DNA from: Trueperaceae bacterium
Lineage (GTDB): Bacteria; Deinococcota; Deinococci; Deinococcales; Trueperaceae
Length of the DNA: 64,000 nt
Direction of reading: 5' to 3'
Assembly (NCBI GenBank): GCA_965214405.1
Contig: OZ243956.1
Span: 2,496,001 to 2,560,000 of the forward strand
Positions 1 through 9,861 of the stretch are shown piece by piece (position 1 is the stretch's first letter; each line of letters opens with the position of its first letter). The notes under the pieces were generated by a model that was not told the DNA's origin, did no database searches, and saw only the letters and a program-made list of their open reading frames with translations. A program made the translations under genes and the position numbers.

Positions 1-208
1 TCAAGAATCCCGAGCCCAAACCGACGACGCGTTCACCCTCCTTGGTCACGTCCAGCGCCACGAAGTCGCCTTCGGGAAAGACGCGGTAGTGGCTCAGGAA
101 ATGCTCTTCGCGCATGAGTTCGTGGGGGGCGAGGGTGGGGAAGCAGGTCTTTTGCAGCGCCTCCAAAGCTCGAGCATGGTGAGGCTCGAGGCTGACGAGT
201 TTTATCAC
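1..208 (-). CDS. GNAT family N-acetyltransferase (YkwB-like), partial, runs off the left edge
   Basis: Not in the ORF track. Manual translation from GTG at 208, overlapping the Uma2 stop (GTGA): MIKLVSLEPHHARALEALQKTCFPTLAPHELMREEHFLSHYRVFPEGDFVALD...RVVGLGSG. The 'FP...H..VFPEG.FVA...VVG' pattern is typical of this GNAT group. Confidence 0.7.
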   Translation of the reverse strand, partial: MIKLVSLEPHHARALEALQKTCFPTLAPHELMREEHFLSHYRVFPEGDFVALDVTKEGERVVGLGSGFL

Positions 209-759
209 AAAATGTCGGCGGGGTCTATCTCGAGACCGCCAAGCGCCGCGACGCTCAGCTTGCCGCCCCGTTTGACCTCTTCAACGCGTCCGTAAACGCC
301 GTCCAGGGGGTCGCGGTGGACCAGGATGCGCTGAGCTTTCAAATCCACAATCCACACCTCAAGTACCCCCGCCTCGGCGTAACGGGGCAGCTTGACGGTG
401 CGGTCAAAGAGCAGGGTCGAATCGGAAACTTCGATGACCAAGAGGGCATCCTGGGCGTTGGGAATGCGGTCTGCATAAAAATTGGGCCGGTATCTTAGAA
501 CCATCAAGTCAGGGTAAACCTCGGACCGCTCCGACAGCCTGAGCGGGTTCTGGACGTCAACGAGAACTTTTTCGCTCAACCTGGCGAGCACGTGAGTCAG
601 CTTCCGAACACAGGTTGCGTGTGGGATATCGATGGGGGACATTTCAACGATTTCTCCGTCGATAAGCTCGAGCCGGTCATCTTCAGTAAACACGCCCGCT
701 CCAAGGATGGCGTGAAACTCTGTCACGCTGAAGCGCCTTCGTGAGAACCTTACAGTCAT
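205..759 (-). CDS. Uma2 family (PD-(D/E)XK) endonuclease
   Basis: RLELIDGEIVEMSP..H, YPDLMV, LLVIEVSDST..FDRTVKLPRYAEAGVLEVWIVD motifs. Confidence 0.9.
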   Translation of the reverse strand: MTVRFSRRRFSVTEFHAILGAGVFTEDDRLELIDGEIVEMSPIDIPHATCVRKLTHVLARLSEKVLVDVQNPLRLSERSEVYPDLMVLRYRPNFYADRIPNAQDALLVIEVSDSTLLFDRTVKLPRYAEAGVLEVWIVDLKAQRILVHRDPLDGVYGRVEEVKRGGKLSVAALGGLEIDPADIL

Positions 760-900
760 ACGTCAATGTAGCAGAAACGCGTCCCTTTAGGCGTGGCTGA
801 TAAAGCTTTGCTACCTGGAGCGAACGCCAAGCCACACCAAAAGTTTTGACGGGGCCAGATGTCAAAGCAGGCGCACCGTTTGCTCCAGGTTCAGTACAGC

Positions 901-1992
901 CTAAACCGTGAAGCGCTCATACGGGTTTTCCGACGGCAACCCCCACACCGCCCAAAAGTCACCCGTGGCGGGTCGCATGATGGCCGCGCCGCAGGTCTCG
1001 ATGTGTAAAGGCGGCTTGGAGGAGACGCAGACCGCTTCGGGGTCGCGGGTGAGCGCCTGCAAATCCTTTTCTGTGAGGTCATCTTTAGCGAGCAAATCGT
1101 AGCCTTTGCGAAGCCGGGCCTCGGAACTCTCTTGCGAGGCTGCCTCGCGTTTGCGCTCTACGGTGTGCGTGTTATCAAACAAACAGTGGTTGGTATGAAC
1201 GAGCGGGTCGCCCTCAAGCTCGGTCACGTAGGTCGCGGTCGGCATCGCCTCGACGCTGTAGCCCGTTCCTGACTTGTCCATCAGCAAATAGTTATGCGCG
1301 CCCGCGAGTTTGGCGGAGGTGATGCAGGCGAGGGCGTCTTTGGCGGTGGACTGCTCGAGCATCTTCCGCACCACGAACGGCCAGGTCACGCCAATTTGCC
1401 CGTCCGCGCCGCTCAGGTTGTTGACGCCCACCGCCACACCCTCGCTATTCATCCCCATCATGCCGACGCAGCCCACCGTCGTAAAGGCTAAAAAGGCGGG
1501 TTTACCCTCCGGCTCGCCGCGCAACATGACGACGTGCGGCGTGGCGGTGTCGTGCATGTCCCAGGTTTGCCCGCAGAAGCCCTTTTGGTTCGCCGCCCTC
1601 TCGCCGGGCACCAAAAAGGCGGTGCAGTTGTCCGCGCCCGCGTGAGCAGGGACGAGGGAGGGGGAGACCTTAGCGTTGTGTACCAAATCAATAAAGTCGG
1701 TAAACCCACCCACAATGATGAGTTCAGCCAAGCTCAAGCCCGTCGAGTCCCCCATGCCCCTAAGCTCCTCGACCAGATGCGGCGCGTAACGCTCGTGCTC
1801 CACCACACACGCGTCGGCCAGCTCGAGCACCTCCCCCTCAGAAAGCCCCTGCCCCGTCCACTTAGGGTCGCCGCTCAAGTGAACGCGCGCTCTCGCAAAG
1901 GCGACAATCGCTTCTTTATGCGCCGCGCCATGCTGAAAACCCATCTCAAAGGGCGAACCCGAAACTTTAAGCACGCGAATCTTCTTGGTCAT
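901..1992 (-). CDS. C45 family Ntn-hydrolase (acyl-CoA:6-APA acyltransferase-like)
   Basis: GSPFEMGFQHG, nucleophile Cys in ADNCTAF, GQTWD, GMNSEG, HTNH. Start set at ATG 1992, 7 nt after TACAAT. Confidence 0.85.
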   Translation of the reverse strand: MTKKIRVLKVSGSPFEMGFQHGAAHKEAIVAFARARVHLSGDPKWTGQGLSEGEVLELADACVVEHERYAPHLVEELRGMGDSTGLSLAELIIVGGFTDFIDLVHNAKVSPSLVPAHAGADNCTAFLVPGERAANQKGFCGQTWDMHDTATPHVVMLRGEPEGKPAFLAFTTVGCVGMMGMNSEGVAVGVNNLSGADGQIGVTWPFVVRKMLEQSTAKDALACITSAKLAGAHNYLLMDKSGTGYSVEAMPTATYVTELEGDPLVHTNHCLFDNTHTVERKREAASQESSEARLRKGYDLLAKDDLTEKDLQALTRDPEAVCVSSKPPLHIETCGAAIMRPATGDFWAVWGLPSENPYERFTV

Positions 1993-2040
1993 AGGGAGCA
2001 TTGTAAACCCTTTTCAAGGTTTGACAGAGAATACTCTCAA

Positions 2041-2063
2041 CTCGGTACTTGGTACTCGGTACT
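2041..2063. repeat. Short heptamer tandem repeat CTYGGTA x3
   Basis: ctcggta cttggta ctcggta ct, intergenic. Confidence 0.6.
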
Positions 2064-2069
2064 TTCCTC

Positions 2070-3188
2070 TTACTCGAGCAGCGTCGCGTTCTCATTCCGC
2101 CACGACACCCACACCTTTTCACCCGGCTCGAGCATCGACCCAAAGCCGTGGTGCAGGTTCTGTACCCGCACGACCACGTCTACCGCGCTCCCCGACACCA
2201 CGCGGTAGCGCGTGCTGGTGCCGGTGTAGAGGGCTTCGGCGATCTCAGCCTCGAGCACCGTCACCCCGCTTGAAGGCGGCGGCGCGTCGTCGGGAGCGTG
2301 CAGCGCGATTTTTTCGGGACGCACCGCGACGCTGGCGCGTTCGCCAAGCTCTAGCGCGCCTCCCCCCAGCCGCCCCTCCAGGCGTCGCCCGTCGGAAAGC
2401 TCGAGCACCCCCACCTCCCCGTTTTTTCTCTCCAAGCGGCCCTCGATAAAGTTGGTTTCGCCAATAAAGTCCGCCACAAAACGGTTCGCGGGCGCTTCGT
2501 AGATTTCGTCGGCGCGGCCCACTTGTAGCGCGCGGCCCTCGCTCATCACGGCGATGCGGTCGGCCATCGTCAGCGCCTCTTCCTGGTCGTGCGTCACGAA
2601 CACAAAGGTGATGCCCACCTCGCGCTGCATGGTTTTGAGTTCCAACTGCATCGACTGGCGCAGCTTGAGGTCCAGCGCGCCCAGCGGCTCGTCGAGGAGC
2701 AACACGGCGGGTTTATTGACCAGCGCCCGCGCCAACGCGACGCGCTGGCGCTGCCCGCCGGAGAGCTGGTGCGGCTTGCGGGCTGCGGTGTGGGGAAGCT
2801 GGATGAGTTCCAACATCTCCATCGCCCGCTCCTTGGCGCTCCTTTTGGGCACTTTCGCCATGTTGAGGCCAAACATCACGTTTTGCAGCACGCTCATGTG
2901 CGGGAAGAGCGCGTAATCCTGAAACACGGTATTGACCGGGCGGTGAAAGGGTGGCACCCCCCCCACCGCCGCCCCCCGAATCAGCACCTCACCCGAGGTC
3001 GGCTGCTCGAAGCCCGCAATCACCCGCAGCGTCGTTGTCTTGCCACAGCCCGACGGCCCCAAAAGCGCGAAGAACTCGCCCTCGTCAATCCGCAAAGACA
3101 CGCGGTCGATGGCCCTCACCGCCTTGCCCCCCTTGGGGTCGCGGAACTCTTTGGTAAGCTCGAGCAGCTCAACAGCAGGCGCAGACAT
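2070..3188 (-). CDS. potA: Polyamine ABC transporter ATP-binding protein (PotA-like)
   Basis: GPSGCGKTT, VNTVFQDYALFPH, LSGGQRQR, DEPLGALDLKLR, C-terminal TOBE-like region. Confidence 0.85.
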   Translation of the reverse strand: MSAPAVELLELTKEFRDPKGGKAVRAIDRVSLRIDEGEFFALLGPSGCGKTTTLRVIAGFEQPTSGEVLIRGAAVGGVPPFHRPVNTVFQDYALFPHMSVLQNVMFGLNMAKVPKRSAKERAMEMLELIQLPHTAARKPHQLSGGQRQRVALARALVNKPAVLLLDEPLGALDLKLRQSMQLELKTMQREVGITFVFVTHDQEEALTMADRIAVMSEGRALQVGRADEIYEAPANRFVADFIGETNFIEGRLERKNGEVGVLELSDGRRLEGRLGGGALELGERASVAVRPEKIALHAPDDAPPPSSGVTVLEAEIAEALYTGTSTRYRVVSGSAVDVVVRVQNLHHGFGSMLEPGEKVWVSWRNENATLLE

Positions 3189-3218
3189 AAGCAAGTATAC
3201 GGCAGTCCGTCGTTAGTA

Positions 3219-3277
3219 AGCAGCGTCCGTTAGCCTTACACTACGGACGCTGACTACCAACTAACCACTAATCACTC
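3219..3277. repeat. Hairpin followed by heptamer repeats (REP/STRR-like)
   Basis: cagcgtccgt...acggacgctg inverted repeat, then ccaacta accacta atcactc. Confidence 0.5.
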
Positions 3278-3294
3278 ACCCCTACCCACTGCCC

Positions 3295-4374
3295 CTACTG
3301 TCCCACAAAAATCCGCAACTCATCCCACGCGTCGTTGTAAAGCTTTGCCCGTTCGGGATCTTGCGCGACGAAAAAGAGGCGCGCCTGGGTCTCCTCGCTC
3401 GGGTAGATGCCGGGGTCGCTGGCGAGCTCGGGGTCAATGAGCCCTTCGTCCAACGCGACCCGGTTTGGGGTGCCGTACGCCGTGTAGTTCGAGATGTCGG
3501 CAGAGACCTGTGGGTCCAAAAGGTAGTCGATGAACGTTTCGGCCAATGCTTTGTTGGGCGCACCTGTGGGCACGACGAGCGTGTCGACCCAGAAGAGCGT
3601 GCCCTCCTCGGGAATCACGTAGGCGTAGGTGTCGCAGTCGCATTCGTCAATAATCTGAAAAATGTCACCTGAATACTCGACGACGATGTCCGCCTCGCCG
3701 CGCACCAGGACCTCTTGCCCGTCGTCCTGGTTGATGTAAACGACGTTGCTGCCGTTCTCGATGAGGTAATCCTTGGCCTCCGTAATCTCTTCGGGGTTGC
3801 TGCTGTTGGGGTCGAGGCCGAGCTTGAGGAGCCCCACGCCCATCATGCCGCGAATGTCTTCCAGCCAACTGACGGGTCCGTCGTAGGCGAACACGTCGTC
3901 CCAGGAGGTCACGCCGCCCTCGACCGTCTCGGTGTTGTAGCCGATGCCCATCGTGCCCCACTGATAGGGCGCGCTGTAGGTGTTGTCAGGGTCGAAGGGT
4001 AGCCCGGTAAAGGTGTCGGAAAGATTGGCGAAGTTGGGGATGTTTTCTAGGTTTAGGGGTTCGACCAAATCTTCGGCAATCATGAGCGAAAGCACCGTGG
4101 AACTCGGCACGACGAGGTCGTAACCGGGGTTGCCCTGGCGGATTTTGGCGAGCATGTCGTCGTCGGTCGGAAAGGTGTCGTAAAGCACGGTGACGCCGCA
4201 AAGTTCTTCAAAGTTGGGGATGGTGTCTTCGGCAATGTATGTTGTCCAGTTGTAAACGCTGAGCTGCTGCCCTTCAAAACCCTCCGGGCAGGTCCATGAG
4301 GTTGCCTGAGCCGCGTCCTGAGCAAACGCGCTTCCCAACAGTCCTATGAGCAAACATCCAATGAGTCGTTTCAT
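3295..4374 (-). CDS. potD: Spermidine/putrescine ABC transporter substrate-binding protein (PotD/PotF-like)
   Basis: Signal peptide, VYNWTTYI, GYDLVVPS, PYQWGTMGIGYN, PEEGTLFWVD. Confidence 0.85.
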   Translation of the reverse strand: MKRLIGCLLIGLLGSAFAQDAAQATSWTCPEGFEGQQLSVYNWTTYIAEDTIPNFEELCGVTVLYDTFPTDDDMLAKIRQGNPGYDLVVPSSTVLSLMIAEDLVEPLNLENIPNFANLSDTFTGLPFDPDNTYSAPYQWGTMGIGYNTETVEGGVTSWDDVFAYDGPVSWLEDIRGMMGVGLLKLGLDPNSSNPEEITEAKDYLIENGSNVVYINQDDGQEVLVRGEADIVVEYSGDIFQIIDECDCDTYAYVIPEEGTLFWVDTLVVPTGAPNKALAETFIDYLLDPQVSADISNYTAYGTPNRVALDEGLIDPELASDPGIYPSEETQARLFFVAQDPERAKLYNDAWDELRIFVGQ

Positions 4375-4551
4375 TTTTACCTCCTCTTGTAAATCTGATA
4401 TAAATTCGAGAATCAGTATAAAAATTGTAACACAAAGCCACTAAGCCTCTCCAGCGCTCAGCTTGTCACACCTAAAATCATCATTGAGTGAATTTAGCAG
4501 TCACGACTCCGCAAAATCTGTGAAGACCAAGATATGGCGTTAAGATAGGGC

Positions 4552-5439
4552 ATGATTCGGCACGCAGTGCTTCAGTTCAAACCGCACAAAGCGCTTCTAA
4601 AACACAATTTGGAAAAGCTCGAGCACATCCTCACGCAACTCAAAAACGAGGATGTAGACGTCATCACGCTGCCCGAGGCGTCGTTGTCGGGCTACTTTTT
4701 GCAGGCCGGGGTGCGCGAGCAGGCGCTTGAAGCGGGGGAGCTTTATGCGCTCCTGGGGGAGGTGTTGGCGCGGGTGGACTGGCTCGAGCCCGTAGACATT
4801 TGCCTGGGGGCTTACGAACGCTTCAACGACGACTTCTTTAACAGCGCTTTTTACTTTGAATACAACACGCCCACCACGGGCGTCCGGCACGTTCACCGCA
4901 AGATGTTTTTGCCCACCTACGGCGTTTTTGACGAAGAGCGTTACGTGTCGCAGGGGCACGCGCTCTCAGCGTTCGACACGCGTTTTGGCCGCGCCGGGAT
5001 GCTCATTTGCGAGGACGCGTGGCACTCGAGCACCGCCGCCGTGCTTGCGTTAAAGGGCGCGAGCATCCTCTACATCCCCAACGCCTCGCCCGCGCGCGAG
5101 ATGCAAGGCCCGGTGCCCGGCAACGCCGAACGCTGGCGCGCGACAGCCAGGGGTGTCGCCGCCGAGCACGGGGTGTACGTGGTGACGACCTCATTAGTGG
5201 GTTTCGAGGGCGGCAAGGGCTTTGTGGGTTTTTCCAACGTCGTGGACCCCTACGGCGAGGTGACGGCGCAAGCGGCGCTTTTTGACGAGCAGATTTTGCT
5301 CACCGATTTGCATTTGGAGAGCATTCAGGTGGCCCGCTACGAAACGCCGCTTTTGTCGGATTTGCGCGCCAACCTCCCCGAACTCATCCGCGCGTTTGAA
5401 GAGGCTTCGGAGAGGTTAGAAGAGAAGGTGAGCGTGTGA
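4552..5439 (+). CDS. Nitrilase-family carbon-nitrogen hydrolase; likely glutaminase subunit of NAD synthetase
   Basis: Catalytic E (LPEASLSGY), K (HRKMFLPTYGVFDEERY) and C (LICEDAW); GTGA overlap with nadE. Confidence 0.85.
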   Translation: MIRHAVLQFKPHKALLKHNLEKLEHILTQLKNEDVDVITLPEASLSGYFLQAGVREQALEAGELYALLGEVLARVDWLEPVDICLGAYERFNDDFFNSAFYFEYNTPTTGVRHVHRKMFLPTYGVFDEERYVSQGHALSAFDTRFGRAGMLICEDAWHSSTAAVLALKGASILYIPNASPAREMQGPVPGNAERWRATARGVAAEHGVYVVTTSLVGFEGGKGFVGFSNVVDPYGEVTAQAALFDEQILLTDLHLESIQVARYETPLLSDLRANLPELIRAFEEASERLEEKVSV

Positions 5440-6317
5440 CCGACACCAAGACCAAACCCGCTCAGCAAGGCGTCCCCATCATCCGGAGTGAGGGGCGGCC
5501 TCAGAAGATTCTGGACTTAAACCTGGAGATGGTGACAGATTTTTTGGTGGCTTTTTTGCGTGACGAGGTAGGGCGCAAGGGTTTTGAGCGGGTCATCGTT
5601 CCCCTCTCAGGCGGCATCGACAGCGCCACTACGGCCTATTTGGCGGCTCGAGCCTTTGGCGGGGCGAACGTCCACGCGCTGCGCCTGCCCTACAGGACGT
5701 CGGATTCGGCGTCGCTCGAGCACGCTAAGCTCATTATCGACGCGCTCAACCTCTCCCACGAAACCATCGACATTTCAGACGCCGTGGACGGGTACGCCGA
5801 CAAGGTCCCGACGATGACCCCGCACCGCAAGGGCAACATCATGGCGAGGGAGAGGATGATTATCGCGTTTGACAAGGGATTGGAGTATAGCGCCATTCAC
5901 TTAGGCACCGGCAACAAGACCGAGCGGCTTTTCGGCTACTACACCTGGCACGACGTGGCCGACACCGGCCCCGTCAACCCGATGGGCGACCTTTTCAAAA
6001 CGCAGGTCAAGGCGTTAGCGAGACATTTGGGCGTTCCTGAAACGATTGTCGGCAAGCCGCCCAGCGCCGACCTGGTGCCGGGGCAGTCCGACGAAAGCGA
6101 TTTGGGCATCACCTATGAGCGCGCTGATATTATTTTGGCGCATCATTTGGCGGGTTATGAGGACGCTTACGTTTGCGATCTGGGTTTTAGCCAAGACGAA
6201 ATCGACCTGGTCAAGCGCAAGGTTGCCAGAACGCATTGGAAGCGCGAGCTGCCCATCAATGCGGTGGTGTCGGCCACGGCCATTAACGAGTTTTATTTAC
6301 GGCCTGTGGATTATTAG
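5436..6317 (+). CDS. nadE: NAD+ synthase
   Basis: LSGGIDSA, GNIMARERM, GTGNKTE, PSADLVPGQSDESDLG. Confidence 0.95.
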   Translation: MTDTKTKPAQQGVPIIRSEGRPQKILDLNLEMVTDFLVAFLRDEVGRKGFERVIVPLSGGIDSATTAYLAARAFGGANVHALRLPYRTSDSASLEHAKLIIDALNLSHETIDISDAVDGYADKVPTMTPHRKGNIMARERMIIAFDKGLEYSAIHLGTGNKTERLFGYYTWHDVADTGPVNPMGDLFKTQVKALARHLGVPETIVGKPPSADLVPGQSDESDLGITYERADIILAHHLAGYEDAYVCDLGFSQDEIDLVKRKVARTHWKRELPINAVVSATAINEFYLRPVDY

Positions 6318-6323
6318 AAGCTT

Positions 6324-6710
6324 ATGGCGCAACCCGCACCCCAGCCTGACGTCCAAGGCTTCATCGCCTTTTACCCCTGCCACGACCTAACCGCGACGAC
6401 CGACTTTTATGTACGGGAACTTGGGTTGGAGGTGGCTCGAGACCAAAGCACCTGCGTCATCTTTAGAGTAGCGCGCGAGGCCTTTTTGGGTTTTTGCCAA
6501 GCCGAAGGAACCTTGCCGCAGCACCAAAGCCTTATCTTGACGCTGCTCATTGACGAGGTGGACGAGGTTTATAAGCGCTTGCGCGGGCTCGGGGTGGAGA
6601 CGGAAGGCGCGCCCAAGCTGAATGAGCGCTTTGGCATCTACCACTTTTTCGCCCGCGACCCGGACGGCTACCGCGTTGAGGTGCAGAGGTTTGTGGAGCC
6701 TCTGACCTAA
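6324..6710 (+). CDS. VOC/glyoxalase family protein
   Basis: FYVRELGL...FFARDPDGYRVEVQ. Confidence 0.85.
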   Translation: MAQPAPQPDVQGFIAFYPCHDLTATTDFYVRELGLEVARDQSTCVIFRVAREAFLGFCQAEGTLPQHQSLILTLLIDEVDEVYKRLRGLGVETEGAPKLNERFGIYHFFARDPDGYRVEVQRFVEPLT

Positions 6711-6734
6711 CGCGGTAGAGCGTCCCAACGAGAA

Positions 6735-7475
6735 CTAATTCGCGTGCTCGAGCCCATTCTCAACAGCCAAGATTTCTACGTCGCCTATATTCTGCGCCTC
6801 TACGTTTAAGGGAGCAGTTTCAGGCGCGGGGGCCACGGTCACAGTGTCTTTTGTTTCCAGCCCTGACGTATCCTGGCCTCTACGCTTGAACAAGTAAACA
6901 CCCCCGCCGATGAGTGCCGCGGGGAGCAGCCAACCGTTGGTAAAACTCGCTCCAAGGAGCGCCACAGCCACCGCAGCGATGGCGGGATAGACCGCCCAAG
7001 TCTTGCCGCCTTCGGGCAGTTTGTAGAGGTAAGCAAACGTCGCGGCGAGGCCGAAGAATAAAACGGGGCCTCCGTCAATGCGCGGCGCGATTTCACCCAG
7101 ACCCGCCACGGCTGCCAAGGAAAAGAGAGCGCCCGCAGGGAGGACCGCCCACCACCCCTTGCGGTCGATGTACGCCACCGCGAAACCGCCACCCAGAAGC
7201 GCCAAAAACTGCGCACCCGCCAGCGTGGGCGAGAGCGCCGCCGCCGCCGTGCCAAAGAGCGCGAAGCCGAACACGAGCGGGACCACGGCCCACGCGCGTT
7301 CGCGGTTTTTTATGTACACCCGGCTCAGGTAGCCGCCGCCCGCCGCCAGGACCGCCGCGAAAACCAAGCCGGGCAGGTTGAGAACGCCGATGTTCGCCAG
7401 CAGCACAAAGCCGCCCAACACCATCAGAAGCACGCCGAGGTTGAAGTTCCGTTTGTCAGCCGTATCGTCCGTCAT
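6735..7475 (-). CDS. Multi-pass membrane protein, paralog of 9862..10464
   Basis: Hydrophobic; shares WWAVLPAG, PV(L)F(F/L)G.AATFAYLY.LP and WA(V/L)YP with the 9862 protein. Confidence 0.75.
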   Translation of the reverse strand: MTDDTADKRNFNLGVLLMVLGGFVLLANIGVLNLPGLVFAAVLAAGGGYLSRVYIKNRERAWAVVPLVFGFALFGTAAAALSPTLAGAQFLALLGGGFAVAYIDRKGWWAVLPAGALFSLAAVAGLGEIAPRIDGGPVLFFGLAATFAYLYKLPEGGKTWAVYPAIAAVAVALLGASFTNGWLLPAALIGGGVYLFKRRGQDTSGLETKDTVTVAPAPETAPLNVEAQNIGDVEILAVENGLEHAN

Positions 7476-7529
7476 AAAAGCCTCCTTTGTTTCAGCTTAG
7501 ACAGTTTCAGCTTAGGCGAGGGTGGAGGC

Positions 7530-7583
7530 GCGCGCCTCCGCGAAAAGGTGGACGCGCCTCTCCACCTTTCGGGTGAGGCGCGC
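7530..7583. promoter_or_regulatory. 23-bp inverted repeat between divergent genes; candidate response-regulator binding site
   Basis: gcgcgcctccgcgaaaaggtgga (7530-7552) vs reverse complement of 7561-7583 gcgcgcctcacccgaaaggtgga, 19/23 identical. Confidence 0.6.
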
Positions 7584-7628
7584 CCCCAAAGAAGCCGCGT
7601 ACACTGCCTTGTGAGGGTACTCTAAATC

Positions 7629-8297
7629 ATGAACCAAGCCGCGACCCAAGCCTCAACCCAGCCCGCCCCCATCCGCCTGCTTTTGGTTGATGACCACACC
7701 GTGGTGCGCCAGGGCCTCAAGATGGTCCTGTCACTAGAGCCCGACCTTTTGGTCGTCGGCGAGGCCGCCAACGGTCAGGAGGCGGTCACGCAGGTGCCAA
7801 CCTTAAAGCCCGACGTGGTCTTGATGGACCTCCTTATGCCCGTGATGGACGGCGTGAAGGCGATTCGTGAGATTAAGAAGGGGTACCCGGACGTCGAGGT
7901 GGTGGCGCTGACGAGCGTGCTCGAGGACCGCTTAGTCATCGACGCCGTCGAGGCGGGCGCGGCAGGATACTTGCTCAAAGAAACCGGACCCGAGGGGCTT
8001 ATCGACGCCGTACGCGCCGCCGCGCGCGGCGAAGTTCGGCTCGACCCCAAGGCGCAGAAGCGGCTCGTCAGGGAGGTGCGCACGCCCGAGATGCGCGAGT
8101 CTCTGACCCCGCGCGAAACGGACACGTTGCGACTCGTGGCGAAGGGGCTGACCAATAAAGACATTGCCGACGCGCTCGAGGTGTCAGAAGTCACGGTCAA
8201 GACGCACGTCTCGAGCGTGCTCTCCAAGCTGGGGCTCTCGAGCCGCACGCAAGCGGCCCTGTTTGCGCTTAAAGAGGGACTGGTGGGGCTAGATTAA
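7629..8297 (+). CDS. NarL/LiaR family response regulator
   Basis: LVDDH, VLMDLLMP, GYLLK, LuxR HTH LTPRE...TVKTHVSSVLSKLG. Confidence 0.95.
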   Translation: MNQAATQASTQPAPIRLLLVDDHTVVRQGLKMVLSLEPDLLVVGEAANGQEAVTQVPTLKPDVVLMDLLMPVMDGVKAIREIKKGYPDVEVVALTSVLEDRLVIDAVEAGAAGYLLKETGPEGLIDAVRAAARGEVRLDPKAQKRLVREVRTPEMRESLTPRETDTLRLVAKGLTNKDIADALEVSEVTVKTHVSSVLSKLGLSSRTQAALFALKEGLVGLD

Positions 8298-8300
8298 GCC

Positions 8301-9857
8301 ATGACCCTTCCCTTTTGGCAACGCCTCAGCACCCGCTTGGCGGTGCTCATCCTCGTCATCGTCCTTGTGCTCGCGGGGGCCACGGCGGTGTTGCTCGTGC
8401 GGGGCTTTTCGCTCGTCACCACGAACGCGGCCCAGACGTCCACCGGGGTCGTGGACGTTTCGTCGGGTGTCAATATCGAGCCCGTGTCCAAATCTGATTT
8501 GCCGAGCATCGTGCGGGGCACGGTCATCAACCTTATTGCGATTTTTTTGCTCACGCTGGTTGGGGCGGCGCTCTTTAGCCGCACGCTCCTTACCGAGCCC
8601 ATTACCTCGTTGGCGGAGGCTGCGCAGGAGATTGGGGCGGGCAACCTCAGCGTGAGCCTGCCGGTAAACTCTCGGAGCGAATTGGGCGTGCTGGCGAGCA
8701 CCTTTAATATGATGGCGCGGAGTTTGGAGGCGCACACGCAGGATTTGCTCGAGGCCAACGAGGCGCTGCGGCGGAGCGAGGCGAGTTTAGAAAAACGCGT
8801 GCAGGAACGCACGCGCGAACTCGCCGCGCTCTTAGAGCTTTCCAACACCACCGCGCTGACGCTCGAGCTTACCCCCCTTCTAGAAACCACCTTTGACCGG
8901 CTGCGCGAAGTCGTCCCCTACCGCGCGGTGGGCGTGTTTGAGCGGCGCGGCCCCGAGAGCGCGCCCGAGCTAGAGAAAGTAGCCGAACGCGGCGCGCTCT
9001 CCCCCATTTCCGACGCCAGGTTACAAGAAGTGATGGCCCGCCGGGAACCCGTCACGCTTCCGGGCTCCATCAACCTTTTTCCCCTTATCGTGCGCGACCA
9101 GGCGGTGGGGGTGCTGGGGCTTGAGTGCGCCCCTCACGAAACTTTGAGCACGGAGCGGCTGCGGGTGGTCGCGGCCTTTGCGGCGCAGGCGGGCGTGGCC
9201 TTGGAGAACACCAAGCTGAGCGCGCAGGTGGGCGAGCGGGCTGCGTACGAGGAGCGCCAGCACTTAGCGCGCGAACTCCACGACTCCGTCTCGCAGGCTC
9301 TATATAGCATCGTCTTGGGCGCGCACGCCGCCAAGAAGCTTTTGGGTAGCGCCGACACTCCCGCAGACCCGCAGCGCGCGGCGGAGGCGCTTTCTTACGT
9401 GCAGAGCCTCGCCGAGGCGGGGCTGGCCGAGATGCGCGCGCTTATTTTCGAGCTGCGCCCGGACATCCTGGAGCGCGAAGGGCTCGCCGCCGCCTTGCGT
9501 AAACAGGCCGAGGCGGTGGGGGTGCGGCACGGGCTCGAGAGTGAGCTCGAGGCGAGCGAACCCACGCTCACTTTCCCCGCCAAACAGGCACTCTTCCGCG
9601 TGGCGCAAGAGGCGCTTCACAACGTTGTGAAGCACGCTCAGGCGCAGCACGTTACCGTAAAGCTCTGTCAAGAAGACGCGCAGGTCCACCTCACGATTCA
9701 AGACGACGGCGTCGGTTTCGAGACGGAGAGTCTTTTTCCGGGTCATTTGGGTCTCAAGGGAATGCGCGAACGCGTCGCGGCGTTGGGCGGCGAACTCACC
9801 TTGACGAGCGGGCCAGACGGCACCACCGTCGCCGCCACCGTGCCCGAGGGGGCTTAG
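8301..9857 (+). CDS. Membrane sensor histidine kinase (HAMP, GAF, HisKA_3, HATPase)
   Basis: Two TM segments, ERQHLARELHDSVSQ, QEALHNVVKHA, IQDDGVGF, GLKGMRER. Confidence 0.95.
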   Translation: MTLPFWQRLSTRLAVLILVIVLVLAGATAVLLVRGFSLVTTNAAQTSTGVVDVSSGVNIEPVSKSDLPSIVRGTVINLIAIFLLTLVGAALFSRTLLTEPITSLAEAAQEIGAGNLSVSLPVNSRSELGVLASTFNMMARSLEAHTQDLLEANEALRRSEASLEKRVQERTRELAALLELSNTTALTLELTPLLETTFDRLREVVPYRAVGVFERRGPESAPELEKVAERGALSPISDARLQEVMARREPVTLPGSINLFPLIVRDQAVGVLGLECAPHETLSTERLRVVAAFAAQAGVALENTKLSAQVGERAAYEERQHLARELHDSVSQALYSIVLGAHAAKKLLGSADTPADPQRAAEALSYVQSLAEAGLAEMRALIFELRPDILEREGLAAALRKQAEAVGVRHGLESELEASEPTLTFPAKQALFRVAQEALHNVVKHAQAQHVTVKLCQEDAQVHLTIQDDGVGFETESLFPGHLGLKGMRERVAALGGELTLTSGPDGTTVAATVPEGA

Positions 9858-9861
9858 GAGC

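Noticed and set aside
758..776. Deinococcal RDRM-like palindrome (TTCTG...CGTAT on the minus strand)
   Set aside because: The spacer is 9 rather than 7 nt, and the site is explained by the leaderless -10 box.
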